Assembly (NCBI RefSeq): GCF_900636745.1 | Contig: NZ_LR134310.1 | Coordinates: 2,368,321-2,392,320 of the forward strand | DNA length: 24,000 nt | Direction of reading: 5' to 3' | Source: Actinobacillus equuli | GTDB taxonomy: Bacteria > Pseudomonadota > Gammaproteobacteria > Enterobacterales > Pasteurellaceae | Position numbers and translations under genes: made by a program | Part shown: positions 1-8,469 of the stretch, one piece after another | How the letters are laid out: every line of letters begins with the position of its first letter | Position numbering within the stretch: the first letter of the stretch is position 1 | Notes under the pieces: generated by a model | Databases searched by the model: none | The model's input: only the letters and a program-made list of their open reading frames with translations | What the model was told of the DNA's origin: nothing

Positions 1-195
1 CTTTCTTTGCTTTATCGAAAATTTTTTTGCAAAGAACTTAACAAAAATAACCGCTTGGGTTCCCTTCTGAACCGCCTGAGCGTGTTGCAATTTGTAGGAA
101 CATTTTTCTTGAGCCGTAGGCGAATCTAAAATGTTCCGTTAAGCAAATTTCAACTAAGTGAAGAACAGCGGTGAAGTAGGGTTGCCTTTCTTTTG

Positions 196-229
196 GTTAC
201 TTTTCTTTGGCAACGCAAAGAAAAGTAAC
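196..229. repeat. Perfect 14-bp inverted repeat just 3' of the moaA stop; possible non-canonical terminator
   Basis: GTTACTTTTCTTTG (196-209) pairs with CAAAGAAAAGTAAC (216-229) around a 6-nt loop. The stem is AU-rich and the moaA (-) transcript has no U-tail after it, so terminator function is uncertain. Confidence 0.3.
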
Positions 230-236
230 AGAGAAA

Positions 237-1259
237 CTAGCCGCCGATTGAGGCGAGATTATTCCGAATCCCGCTATCACCGATATGCAAATAGTGATGT
301 TCTCGCTTACCTTGTAATGCCGCTTTTAAACGTGCTTCCAGCTGTGCTTGTTGGGTATCTTCCGAGAGTAAATCTCGCAAATCGATGCCTTCCTCACCGA
401 ATAAGCAAAGGTGCAATTTACCGAGTGCCGAAACACGTAGGCGGTTGCAGCTGGCACAGAAGTTTTTCTCATACGGCATAATTAAGCCGATTTCGCCTTG
501 GTAATCAGGGTGCGAAAGCACTTTTGCCGGGCCGTCCGATAATGCTTTCGGCTGTAATTGCCAGCCTTCTTGTAACAAACGTTGCATCACTGACTGACCG
601 GATAAATGTTGTGCTTTAAAAAAACTGTCCATTTCACCGGTTTCCATCAGCTCGATAAAACGCATTTGAATCGGTTTATCTTTAATCCAAGCGAGGAATT
701 TATCTAATTCAGGGGCAGTGTATTGCTTCATTAACACCGCATTCACCTTGATTTTGCGATAGCCGATTTCAAATGCTCTATCAATGCCTTTTAGGACCGA
801 TTGTAGCTTGTTTTCACCGGTAATGAGTTGGAATTGGCGTGTATCAAGGCTATCTACACTCACGTTAATATCTGTAATGCCGGCTTGCTGCCATAAATCG
901 ATATCACGTTCCATACGATAACCGTTAGTGGTTAACGCCACTTTTTTTATGCCGTTCGTTTGCGAAATGGTATGAGCAATTTCTAAAAAGTCTTTACGTA
1001 AAGTCGGTTCACCACCGGTAATACGCACTTTTTCCGTGCCGAGATCGGCAAAAGCACGCACAATGCGTTGAATTTCAGATACGCTTAAAAATTGCTGCTT
1101 GTGGGAAGGCGGTTTATAGCCGTCCGGCAGACAATAATTACAGCGAAAATTGCAGACATCAGTAACGGATAAACGTAAATAAACATATTGTCGTTCGAAG
1201 CGATCAATAAGCTGAGAAACATTATCCGCCCCAATGTTTTTAATTGGAATGGATTGCAT
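237..1259 (-). CDS. moaA: GTP 3',8-cyclase MoaA (radical-SAM molybdenum cofactor biosynthesis protein A)
   Basis: The track protein has the radical-SAM motif CNFRCNYC near the N-terminus and the C-terminal cluster [20 protein letters not shown], and looks like full-length MoaA. The track start at 1292 is a TTG. I prefer ATG 1259 (MQSIPIKN...) because AGAAAGGTG lies just upstream as a Shine-Dalgarno (SD) sequence and 340 aa fits MoaA. Confidence 0.93.
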   Translation of the reverse strand: MQSIPIKNIGADNVSQLIDRFERQYVYLRLSVTDVCNFRCNYCLPDGYKPPSHKQQFLSVSEIQRIVRAFADLGTEKVRITGGEPTLRKDFLEIAHTISQTNGIKKVALTTNGYRMERDIDLWQQAGITDINVSVDSLDTRQFQLITGENKLQSVLKGIDRAFEIGYRKIKVNAVLMKQYTAPELDKFLAWIKDKPIQMRFIELMETGEMDSFFKAQHLSGQSVMQRLLQEGWQLQPKALSDGPAKVLSHPDYQGEIGLIMPYEKNFCASCNRLRVSALGKLHLCLFGEEGIDLRDLLSEDTQQAQLEARLKAALQGKREHHYLHIGDSGIRNNLASIGG

Positions 1260-1437
1260 TGGACACCTTTCTAAACACGAGAGGAACAACAATTTCTTGA
1301 AATTCCCTTGAATTAGCTACGTATAAGCTAATTACAGGCATTGCTACCATATTCTTACAGACAAGCGGTTAAATTTAGCAAAAAATTTGCAAATCAAATC
1401 AGATAAGAAGTTAGGCCCACAAGCTCGGAGTCTGTTG
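1260..1437 (-). promoter_or_regulatory. Candidate molybdenum-cofactor (Moco, moaA-motif) riboswitch in the moaA leader
   Basis: The minus-strand leader holds CCGAGCTTGTGGGCCTAA (plus-strand 1410-1428) and TCCTCTCGTGTTTAGAAAGGTGTCC (1261-1284). The second block includes the moaA SD. The same two blocks recur upstream of torZ: 16/18 and 23/24 identical by hand alignment. From memory, the 3' block resembles the E. coli moaA leader end (CCUCCCGUAUCUGGAAAGGUGUAC AUG). Confidence 0.55.
1361..1407. repeat. USS-containing palindromic intergenic element (degenerate right arm), embedded in the moaA leader
   Basis: ACAAGCGGTTAAATTTAGCAAAAAATTTGCAAATCAAATCAGATAAG. The left arm is an Apl-type USS and the centre is TTTGCAAA. 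The right arm appears to lack CCGCT relative to other copies. Confidence 0.6.
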
Positions 1438-1450
1438 ATAAATATAAGTT

Positions 1451-1479
1451 ATTGTAGAGGTCGAAGAAGTTTTTCGCAA
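1451..1479 (-). promoter_or_regulatory. Putative sigma70 promoter of moaA
   Basis: On the minus strand: TTGCGA (1479-1474), 17 nt spacer, TACAAT (1456-1451). This would give a leader of roughly 185 nt, long enough for a riboswitch. Confidence 0.4.
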
Positions 1480-1527
1480 TAGTTAGAAAGGAGTATCTCA
1501 CTCGAATGGTTAAATTTACATACAAAA

Positions 1528-1557
1528 TTGACAAAAATTGATTTGGCGCAATTTAAT
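1528..1557 (+). promoter_or_regulatory. Putative sigma70 promoter of torY
   Basis: TTGACA (1528-1533), 18 nt spacer, TTTAAT (1552-1557). It lies about 75 nt upstream of the torY ATG and is divergent from the moaA promoter. Confidence 0.4.
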
Positions 1558-1630
1558 CATTTGGAGGTATGGTAATCTTCACTCTACTCCTAAAGGAGTA
1601 TTTTTTATTTATAAGTTGTGTGGGGTAAAA

Positions 1631-2749
1631 ATGTCCAAATTTAAATTATCGTTAGTAAGCGGAGTGGTGTGTATGGTGTTAGGAGCTGCGGCTCTATTTG
1701 GTGTACAGTCTGTGATGAAAGCGACAAGTTCTACTGAGTTTTGCGTAAGTTGTCATTCTATGAGCCATCCGCAAGCGGAATGGGAAGGTAGTGTGCATTT
1801 TTCTAACCGCAAAGGGATTCGTGCGGAATGTGCGGATTGCCACGTTCCTCAAGACGGTTTGCATTACGTAAAGGCTAAAGTTGTTGCATTAAAAGATGTG
1901 TGGCATACCTTTGTAACCAATAAATTACCGGATCAAGAAGCCTATGAAGCGAATCGTTTAGAGATGGCACAACGTGTTTGGGCGGAAATGAAAGAAACGG
2001 ATTCGGCAACTTGCCGTAGCTGTCACAGCTTTGATGCGATGCTCATCAGTGAGCAAAAAGAAGCGGCGCAAAAAATGCATAAGTTAGCGCAAGAGACCAA
2101 TCAAACCTGTATCGATTGCCATAAAGGTATCGCTCATTTTATGCCGGAAATGCAAGTAGATAACAGTGCGGCATTGGGTGAATTAACCAAACACGCCGGA
2201 CAATTTAGTGCGGATGACAAAACATTATATAACTTAGCGATGGCGCCGGCACAGGTGACACAGGGAGGAGAAATTCGTTTATTACCGTTTGCAGAGTTAT
2301 CACAATGGAAAGAATCCGGTGATAAGGTTGCCGGCACAATTAAAGGCTGGCAGCAAGTAGGTGCGGAAAGCATCATTTATATGGGGCTAGGTCAACGTAT
2401 TATGGTGGGTTTAGTCGCAGATGAAGCGAAAGACAAGTTAAGCGTTCATCAAACTGTACATGATGATGTAACCAATTCAGACTGGAAAGAAGTGAGCGCT
2501 GAAGTGACATTACCAAAAACAGCGTTAACAGCCGATATTCAAGCGCTTAATCGTTTTGGTGACAATTTAAATCAAACCCATTGTAGCGGTTGCCATGCAC
2601 CGATCGGCGCAGATCACTATACGGCAAATCAATGGATCGGTGTAGTGAATTCAATGAAAGACCGTACTTCAATGACAGCAGATGATGTGCGTGCGGTAAC
2701 TATCTATCTACAACGTAACGCAAAAGATGTTGCGGGTAGTTCACACTAA
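1631..2749 (+). CDS. torY: Membrane-anchored pentahaem c-type cytochrome, NapC/NirT-TorC/TorY family
   Basis: Five CxxCH haem motifs are present (CVSCH, CADCH, CRSCH, CIDCH, CSGCH), plus an N-terminal transmembrane anchor (MSKFKLSLVSGVVCMVLGAAALFG). The track ORF starts at 1538, but ATG 1631 gives the TorY-like N-terminus. It sits directly upstream of torZ. Confidence 0.9.
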   Translation: MSKFKLSLVSGVVCMVLGAAALFGVQSVMKATSSTEFCVSCHSMSHPQAEWEGSVHFSNRKGIRAECADCHVPQDGLHYVKAKVVALKDVWHTFVTNKLPDQEAYEANRLEMAQRVWAEMKETDSATCRSCHSFDAMLISEQKEAAQKMHKLAQETNQTCIDCHKGIAHFMPEMQVDNSAALGELTKHAGQFSADDKTLYNLAMAPAQVTQGGEIRLLPFAELSQWKESGDKVAGTIKGWQQVGAESIIYMGLGQRIMVGLVADEAKDKLSVHQTVHDDVTNSDWKEVSAEVTLPKTALTADIQALNRFGDNLNQTHCSGCHAPIGADHYTANQWIGVVNSMKDRTSMTADDVRAVTIYLQRNAKDVAGSSH

Positions 2750-2762
2750 TTTTATTTAACTT

Positions 2763-2914
2763 ACAGGATACCGAGCTTGTATGCCTAAGTCGCTGATAAG
2801 GGATACAAGCCTGTGACAAGCGGTCAAAATTCACAAAATTTTTGCAAAATCAGACCGCTTACCACACCGGATAGTAAAGAAATGCGCTATCCCCTCGTGT
2901 TTAGAAAGGTGTCA
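2763..2914 (+). promoter_or_regulatory. Candidate Moco riboswitch in the torY-torZ spacer
   Basis: CCGAGCTTGTATGCCTAA (2771-2788) and TCCCCTCGTGTTTAGAAAGGTGTCA (2890-2914) match the moaA leader blocks. A local hairpin forms between GCTTGTAT (2775-2782) and ATACAAGC (2803-2810). The downstream gene encodes a Moco-dependent enzyme. Confidence 0.5.
2816..2861. repeat. USS-pair palindromic intergenic element
   Basis: ACAAGCGGTCAAAATTCACAAAATTTTTGCAAAATCAGACCGCTTA. Inverted USS arms (AAGCGGTC / GACCGCTT) flank a TTTGCAAA-centred AT-rich core. Confidence 0.75.
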
Positions 2915-2945
2915 AATTTAACTTAACTTTCAGAGGGTTATGCAT

Positions 2946-5420
2946 ATGAAAACTCAAGAAAAAATTAATGCAAGTCGTCGTGGTTTTATTAAAAACACTT
3001 CTCTCGGCCTTGCAGGGACATCTTTGGCGGGCGGTGGTGTAAATGCTCTAATTTCAACGGAAGCGGCAGCGGCAGAAATGCAAACCGTGATGACAGCGGC
3101 ACACTGGGGGGCGTTAGGTGTTGTCGTTGAAAACGGTAAAGTGGTTAAATCCGGCCCGGCGATGCCTTCGTCAATCGAGAATGAACTACAAACGGTTGTG
3201 CCTGATCAAGTGCACGGTGAAACTCGAGTTAAATATCCGATGGTACGTAAAGGTTACTTAGAAGGTAATAAAGATACGACTTTACGTGGTCGTGATGAGT
3301 GGGTACGTGTTTCTTGGGATAAAGCGTTTGAATTAGTTGCAAACGAAATGAAACGTGTGCGTGACGCACATGGCCCAAGCGCAATTTTCGGTGGTTCTTA
3401 CGGTTGGTATAGTTCAGGTTCCTTACATGCAGCGCGTACATTATTACAACGTTATTTAAATATTACCGGTGGTTTTGTCGGCGTGAAAGGCGACTATTCA
3501 ACCGGTGCGGCACAAGTGATTATGCCGCATGTATTAGGTACGATTGAAGTGTATGAACAGCAAACCAGCTGGGAAGTTGTCTTAGAAAGCACGGATGTTA
3601 TCGTGTTATGGTCGGCGAACCCGTTAAATACATTGCGTCTTGCTTGGACTTCGACTGATCAACAAGGTTTGGAATACTTCAAGAAATTCAAAGAAAGCGG
3701 CAAACGTATTATCTGTATTGACCCGGTAAGAAGCGAAAGTTGTGAATATTTAGGCGCAGAGTGGATTCCGGTTCATACAGGTACTGATGTGGCATTAATG
3801 TTAGGTATGGCACATACTTTAGTTACTGAGGATAAACACGATAAAGAATTCCTCAAAAAATACACTAAAGGCTACGAACAATTTGAGAAATATTTGTTAG
3901 GTACGGAAGATAAACAACCGAAAGATGCGGAATGGGCAAGTAAAATTTGTGGCGTGCCGGCAGAGACGATCAAAAAACTGGCATTAGAACTACAAAGTAA
4001 ACGCACGATGTTAATGGCTGGTTGGGGTATTCAACGTCAACGCCACGGTGAGCAAGGTCACTGGATGTTAGTTACATTGGCGTCAATGCTGGGTCAAATC
4101 GGTTTACCGGGTGGCGGTTTCGGTTTTAGCTACCACTATTCAAATGGTGGTGCACCGACTGCAACCGGTGGTATTTTAGGATCAATTTCTGCAAATCCGT
4201 CTACTGAAGCGGGCGCAAAAACTTGGTTGGATGAAACCTCTAAATTCTCTTTCCCACTTGCTCGTATTTCCGATGCGTTATTAAATCCGGGTAAAACAAT
4301 TGACTATAACGGCACGAAAGTGACTTATCCGGATATTAAAGTGATTTGGTGGTCAGGCGGTAACCCGTTTACCCATCACCAAGACACCAATACCTTAGTT
4401 AAAGCATGGCAAAAACCTGACAGTGTGTTTGTTACCGAATGTCACTGGACACCAACCGCACGTATGGCGGATATTGTACTTCCGGCAACTACAAGTTATG
4501 AACGTAATGACTTAACCATGTCGGGCGATTATTCAATGATGAATATTTTCCCTATGAAACAAGTTGTTCCGCCACAATTTGAAGCGAAAAACGATTACGA
4601 TATTTTCGCAGAGCTTTCAAAACGTGCAGGTAAAGAACAAGAATTTACCGAAGGTAAATCAGAAATGGATTGGTTAAAAGGTTTCTATCAAACTGCATTT
4701 GATGCGGCACGTAAAAACCGTGTATTAATGCCTAAATTTGAACAGTTCTGGGCGGATAACAAGCCGATTACCTTTAAAGCGACTGAAAAAGCGAAAAAAT
4801 GGGTACGTTATGAAGAATTCCGTAACGATCCGTTACTCAATCCACTAGGTACACCATCAGGCAAAATTGAAATTTTTTCAGACGTGGTGGCGAAAATGAA
4901 TTACGATGATTGTAAAGGTCACCCGACTTGGATGGAACACGAAGAGTTCGCCGGTAATGCAACCGCAGACGCACCGCTTGCCTTAGTCACCCCACACTCA
5001 AAATATCGTTTACATAGTCAATTAGCTTACAGCTCATTGCGTAAACTTTATGCAGTCAATGATCGTGAGCCGGTATTAATTAATGCTGAAGACGCGGCCG
5101 CTCGTGGTATCGCAAACGGTGATATCGTGCGCATTTTCAATAAACGTGGTCAGGTGTTAGCGGGTGCAGTGGTAACAGACGGTATCATTAAAGGCACGAT
5201 CGCGTTGCATGAAGGTGCTTGGTATGATCCGATGGATCTCGGTAAATCAGAACAACCGCTTTGTAAAAACGGTAACCCGAATGTGTTAACGCGTGATGAA
5301 GGTACATCAAAATTAGCACAAGGTAACTCACCGAATACGGCAACGGTACAAGTAGAGAAATTTACTGGTGTTGCACCGGAAGTAACCGTATTTAAAGAAC
5401 CGAAATATACACAAGCATAG
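2946..5420 (+). CDS. torZ: Periplasmic molybdopterin S-/N-oxide reductase (TMAO / biotin sulfoxide / methionine sulfoxide reductase family, TorZ-type)
   Basis: Twin-arginine signal (SRRGFIKNTSLGLAG...AAAAE) and about 825 aa of DMSO-reductase-family sequence, paired with torY. The track start is 2940. ATG 2946 has better spacing to GAGGG (2933-2937). Either start is possible. Confidence 0.92.
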   Translation: MKTQEKINASRRGFIKNTSLGLAGTSLAGGGVNALISTEAAAAEMQTVMTAAHWGALGVVVENGKVVKSGPAMPSSIENELQTVVPDQVHGETRVKYPMVRKGYLEGNKDTTLRGRDEWVRVSWDKAFELVANEMKRVRDAHGPSAIFGGSYGWYSSGSLHAARTLLQRYLNITGGFVGVKGDYSTGAAQVIMPHVLGTIEVYEQQTSWEVVLESTDVIVLWSANPLNTLRLAWTSTDQQGLEYFKKFKESGKRIICIDPVRSESCEYLGAEWIPVHTGTDVALMLGMAHTLVTEDKHDKEFLKKYTKGYEQFEKYLLGTEDKQPKDAEWASKICGVPAETIKKLALELQSKRTMLMAGWGIQRQRHGEQGHWMLVTLASMLGQIGLPGGGFGFSYHYSNGGAPTATGGILGSISANPSTEAGAKTWLDETSKFSFPLARISDALLNPGKTIDYNGTKVTYPDIKVIWWSGGNPFTHHQDTNTLVKAWQKPDSVFVTECHWTPTARMADIVLPATTSYERNDLTMSGDYSMMNIFPMKQVVPPQFEAKNDYDIFAELSKRAGKEQEFTEGKSEMDWLKGFYQTAFDAARKNRVLMPKFEQFWADNKPITFKATEKAKKWVRYEEFRNDPLLNPLGTPSGKIEIFSDVVAKMNYDDCKGHPTWMEHEEFAGNATADAPLALVTPHSKYRLHSQLAYSSLRKLYAVNDREPVLINAEDAAARGIANGDIVRIFNKRGQVLAGAVVTDGIIKGTIALHEGAWYDPMDLGKSEQPLCKNGNPNVLTRDEGTSKLAQGNSPNTATVQVEKFTGVAPEVTVFKEPKYTQA

Positions 5421-5439
5421 TGTTATAAACAGGTAAAAC

Positions 5440-5480
5440 AAAACGCACTAGAGTTTAAATGCTTTAGTGCGTTTTTCTAT
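5440..5480 (+). terminator. Rho-independent terminator of torZ
   Basis: AAAACGCACTA (5440-5450) pairs with TAGTGCGTTTT (5465-5475), followed by a T-rich tail. It begins 20 nt after the torZ stop. Confidence 0.75.
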
Positions 5481-5500
5481 TTATGCTATGACAAATGAAA

Positions 5501-5557
5501 GCAAGCGGTCATTTTTTCCAAATTTTTTGCAAAAAATTACTTAAAATCGACCGCTTA
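5501..5557. repeat. USS-pair palindromic intergenic element
   Basis: GCAAGCGGTCATTTTTTCCAAATTTTTTGCAAAAAATTACTTAAAATCGACCGCTTA. Same architecture as the copy at 2816-2861. Confidence 0.75.
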
Positions 5558-5619
5558 TCTAGATTATTCTCCCGAGGTTATAGAATAGCTGTTATAGTTA
5601 GCAAAATTTTTAAGGAGAA

Positions 5620-6027
5620 ATGATGAAAAATAAATTTATCTTATTTGCGGCAATCAGCGGTTTTTTCTGTATTGCTTTTGGTGCTTTTGCTTCTCACGGA
5701 CTAGCTAAAATATTAGAAGCAAAAGCGTTAGGTTGGATTGATACCGGTCTTCAATACCAAATGTTTCATACCTTAGCTTTATTGGCTTTAGGTTTGTTCC
5801 AATTGGTAAATTCCGCACAAAATCCGCCCGCTTGCAGAGCAAAAGCCCTAAACATTATTGGCGGGAGTTGGATATTAGGTATTTTGTTATTTAGCGGCAG
5901 TTTATATGCTTTAGCCTTATTCGGTCAGCGATTATTTGTGTGGAGTACACCACTTGGCGGCGTATTTTTTATGATTGGCTGGGCAGCGTTAATTTTTGTA
6001 AGTTTACGTGCTAAAAAAACCGTCTAA
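5620..6027 (+). CDS. ygdD: DUF423 family inner-membrane protein (YgdD-like)
   Basis: A 135-aa, four-TM hydrophobic protein (FGAFASHGL motif region). It lies next to rlmM, as ygdD-ygdE do in E. coli. GGAG lies upstream of the ATG. Confidence 0.75.
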   Translation: MMKNKFILFAAISGFFCIAFGAFASHGLAKILEAKALGWIDTGLQYQMFHTLALLALGLFQLVNSAQNPPACRAKALNIIGGSWILGILLFSGSLYALALFGQRLFVWSTPLGGVFFMIGWAALIFVSLRAKKTV

Positions 6028-6218
6028 TTGGTTAGAATAGGCGGAAAACATTGTTTTTTGCTTTATGGTGTCAGGTACTGACTTGCCAACGCAATCAACG
6101 CTAGAATAATTCCGACATCAATTTTGATTGACAATTGCAATTTACCTTCGTTACAGGTTAATTTAAATTGCATTTTATCGTTCCTGTCTAATGAGTTAAT
6201 CAAAAGCAGGTCAAACGC

Positions 6219-6245
6219 AAAATCCCTGTTCCCGCAGGGATTTTT
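6219..6245 (+). terminator. Orphan intrinsic terminator-like hairpin in the 370-bp ygdD-rlmM spacer
   Basis: AAAATCCCTG (6219-6228), loop TTCCCG, CAGGGATTTT (6235-6244), then a T run. It lies about 190 nt after the ygdD stop. The U-tail is better on the plus strand. Confidence 0.5.
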
Positions 6246-6398
6246 GCATTCTCCCTGCCACCTATTGTTTTCACATCACTGCAAAAACAATACCTGTTAT
6301 TATATCCATATTGTGTTTTTAATCAATTACTTGTTTTTCCTATCAAAATAGTGTGTAAAACGCTATACTAATCACATTTTTCATCAATTAGAAAACCT

Positions 6399-7490
6399 AT
6401 GAATAAACTTGCATTATATTGCCGAGCGGGCTTCGAAAAAGAAACCGCCGGGGAGATTACCGATAAAGCGGCACAATTTGGTGTGTTCGGCTTTGTGAAT
6501 TTAAAAGAAAATAGTGGTTATATTATTTTTGAATGTTATCAAGCAGGTGATGCGGATCGCTTAGCAAGAGAATTAAAATTCGAACAATTGATTTTTGCTC
6601 GTCAAATGATTGTAGTCGGCGATATGTTACAAGCTCTGCCTGTCGAAGATCGCATTTCACCAATTTTGGCTCAATACCAAGCGTTAAATCCTCGTCATAG
6701 TTCGGATATTTTTGTTGAAACGCCGGATACTAACGAAGCAAAAGAATTACTGACCTTTTGCCGTAAATTCACCGTGCCGTTACGTAATAGTTTGAAAAAA
6801 CAAGGTTGGCTAACTAAGTCTGAACGTGCAAAGGGTAGTATCAGCTTACATATTTTGTTTGTCCGTCCGGGTTGTTGCTATGTTGGTTATGCCTATAATG
6901 ATAATAAATCGCCGTTTTTTATGGGAATTCCCCGTTTGAAATTCCCGGCGGAAGCCCCAAGCCGTTCGACCTTAAAATTAGAAGAAGCGATCCTCACTTT
7001 TATTCCGGAAGCGGAAGAGAAAAAACGTTTTACCGATGAAATGACCGGTGTGGATTTAGGGGCTTGCCCGGGCGGTTGGACCTATCAACTAGTTAAACGT
7101 GGCGTATTCGTGTATGCGGTGGATCACGGCAAAATGGCGGCAAGCCTACATGAAACCGGACGCATTGAGCATTGCCCTGAAGACGGTTTTAAATTCCAAC
7201 CGCCTAAACGTAAAACGATTGACTGGTTGGTGTGTGATATGGTGGAACAGCCAATGCGGATAAGCAAATTAATCGGTAAATGGTTAATTAACGGTTGGTG
7301 TCGAGAAACGATTTTCAACTTAAAATTGCCGATGAAAAAACGTTATCAAGAAGTGCAATTATGTTTAGCGTATCTTGAAGAAGAACTCGAAAAACAAGGT
7401 TTTTGGTTTAAAATTCAAGCGAAACATCTTTATCACGATAGAGAAGAAATTACCGTACATATTGCGGTCATGGGACGTAAACCCCAATAA
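6399..7490 (+). CDS. rlmM: 23S rRNA (cytidine2498-2'-O)-methyltransferase RlmM
   Basis: The N-terminus [25 protein letters not shown] closely parallels E. coli RlmM/YgdE. A SAM-binding [10 protein letters not shown] motif is present, and 363 aa is the expected length. Confidence 0.9.
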   Translation: MNKLALYCRAGFEKETAGEITDKAAQFGVFGFVNLKENSGYIIFECYQAGDADRLARELKFEQLIFARQMIVVGDMLQALPVEDRISPILAQYQALNPRHSSDIFVETPDTNEAKELLTFCRKFTVPLRNSLKKQGWLTKSERAKGSISLHILFVRPGCCYVGYAYNDNKSPFFMGIPRLKFPAEAPSRSTLKLEEAILTFIPEAEEKKRFTDEMTGVDLGACPGGWTYQLVKRGVFVYAVDHGKMAASLHETGRIEHCPEDGFKFQPPKRKTIDWLVCDMVEQPMRISKLIGKWLINGWCRETIFNLKLPMKKRYQEVQLCLAYLEEELEKQGFWFKIQAKHLYHDREEITVHIAVMGRKPQ

Positions 7491-7505
7491 GCAAAATCCA
7501 CATAA

Positions 7506-7563
7506 ATAAGCGGTAAAATTTTCACAAAATTTTGCAAATTTATGGCAAAATCAGACCGCTTAT
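7506..7563. repeat. USS-pair palindromic intergenic element (probable rlmM terminator)
   Basis: ATAAGCGGTAAAATTTTCACAAAATTTTGCAAATTTATGGCAAAATCAGACCGCTTAT, followed by TTTTAAT. Confidence 0.7.
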
Positions 7564-7571
7564 TTTAATAA

Positions 7572-8408
<837 letters not shown>

Positions 8409-8469
8409 TTTGGATTGAATGTAGGGACGCACTGAGTGCGTTTAAAATAAATAATGAAAGGAATGAAAA

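Noticed and set aside
97-137. 10-bp perfect inverted repeat GGAACATTTT ... AAAATGTTCC with a 21-nt loop
   Set aside because: The repeat is real, but it is AT-rich and has no U-tail on either strand. No gene context suggests a function. I also found no moaC-like start in 1-236.
158-481. 107-aa plus-strand ORF in the track
   Set aside because: It is mostly antisense to the well-supported moaA CDS. It has no SD and no recognisable motifs. It is a shadow ORF.
1430-1630. FNR/CRP/ModE operator search in the moaA-torY divergent region (for example TTGATAAATATAAG near 1434-1447)
   Set aside because: Only half-site-quality matches were found, at positions that do not fit the predicted promoters. This is not reportable without a scoring matrix.
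6124-6351. 75-aa ORF in the ygdD-rlmM spacer
   Set aside because: The translation is low-complexity, there is no SD, and it reads straight through a terminator hairpin. It is more likely non-coding (see the sRNA / 3' UTR finding).
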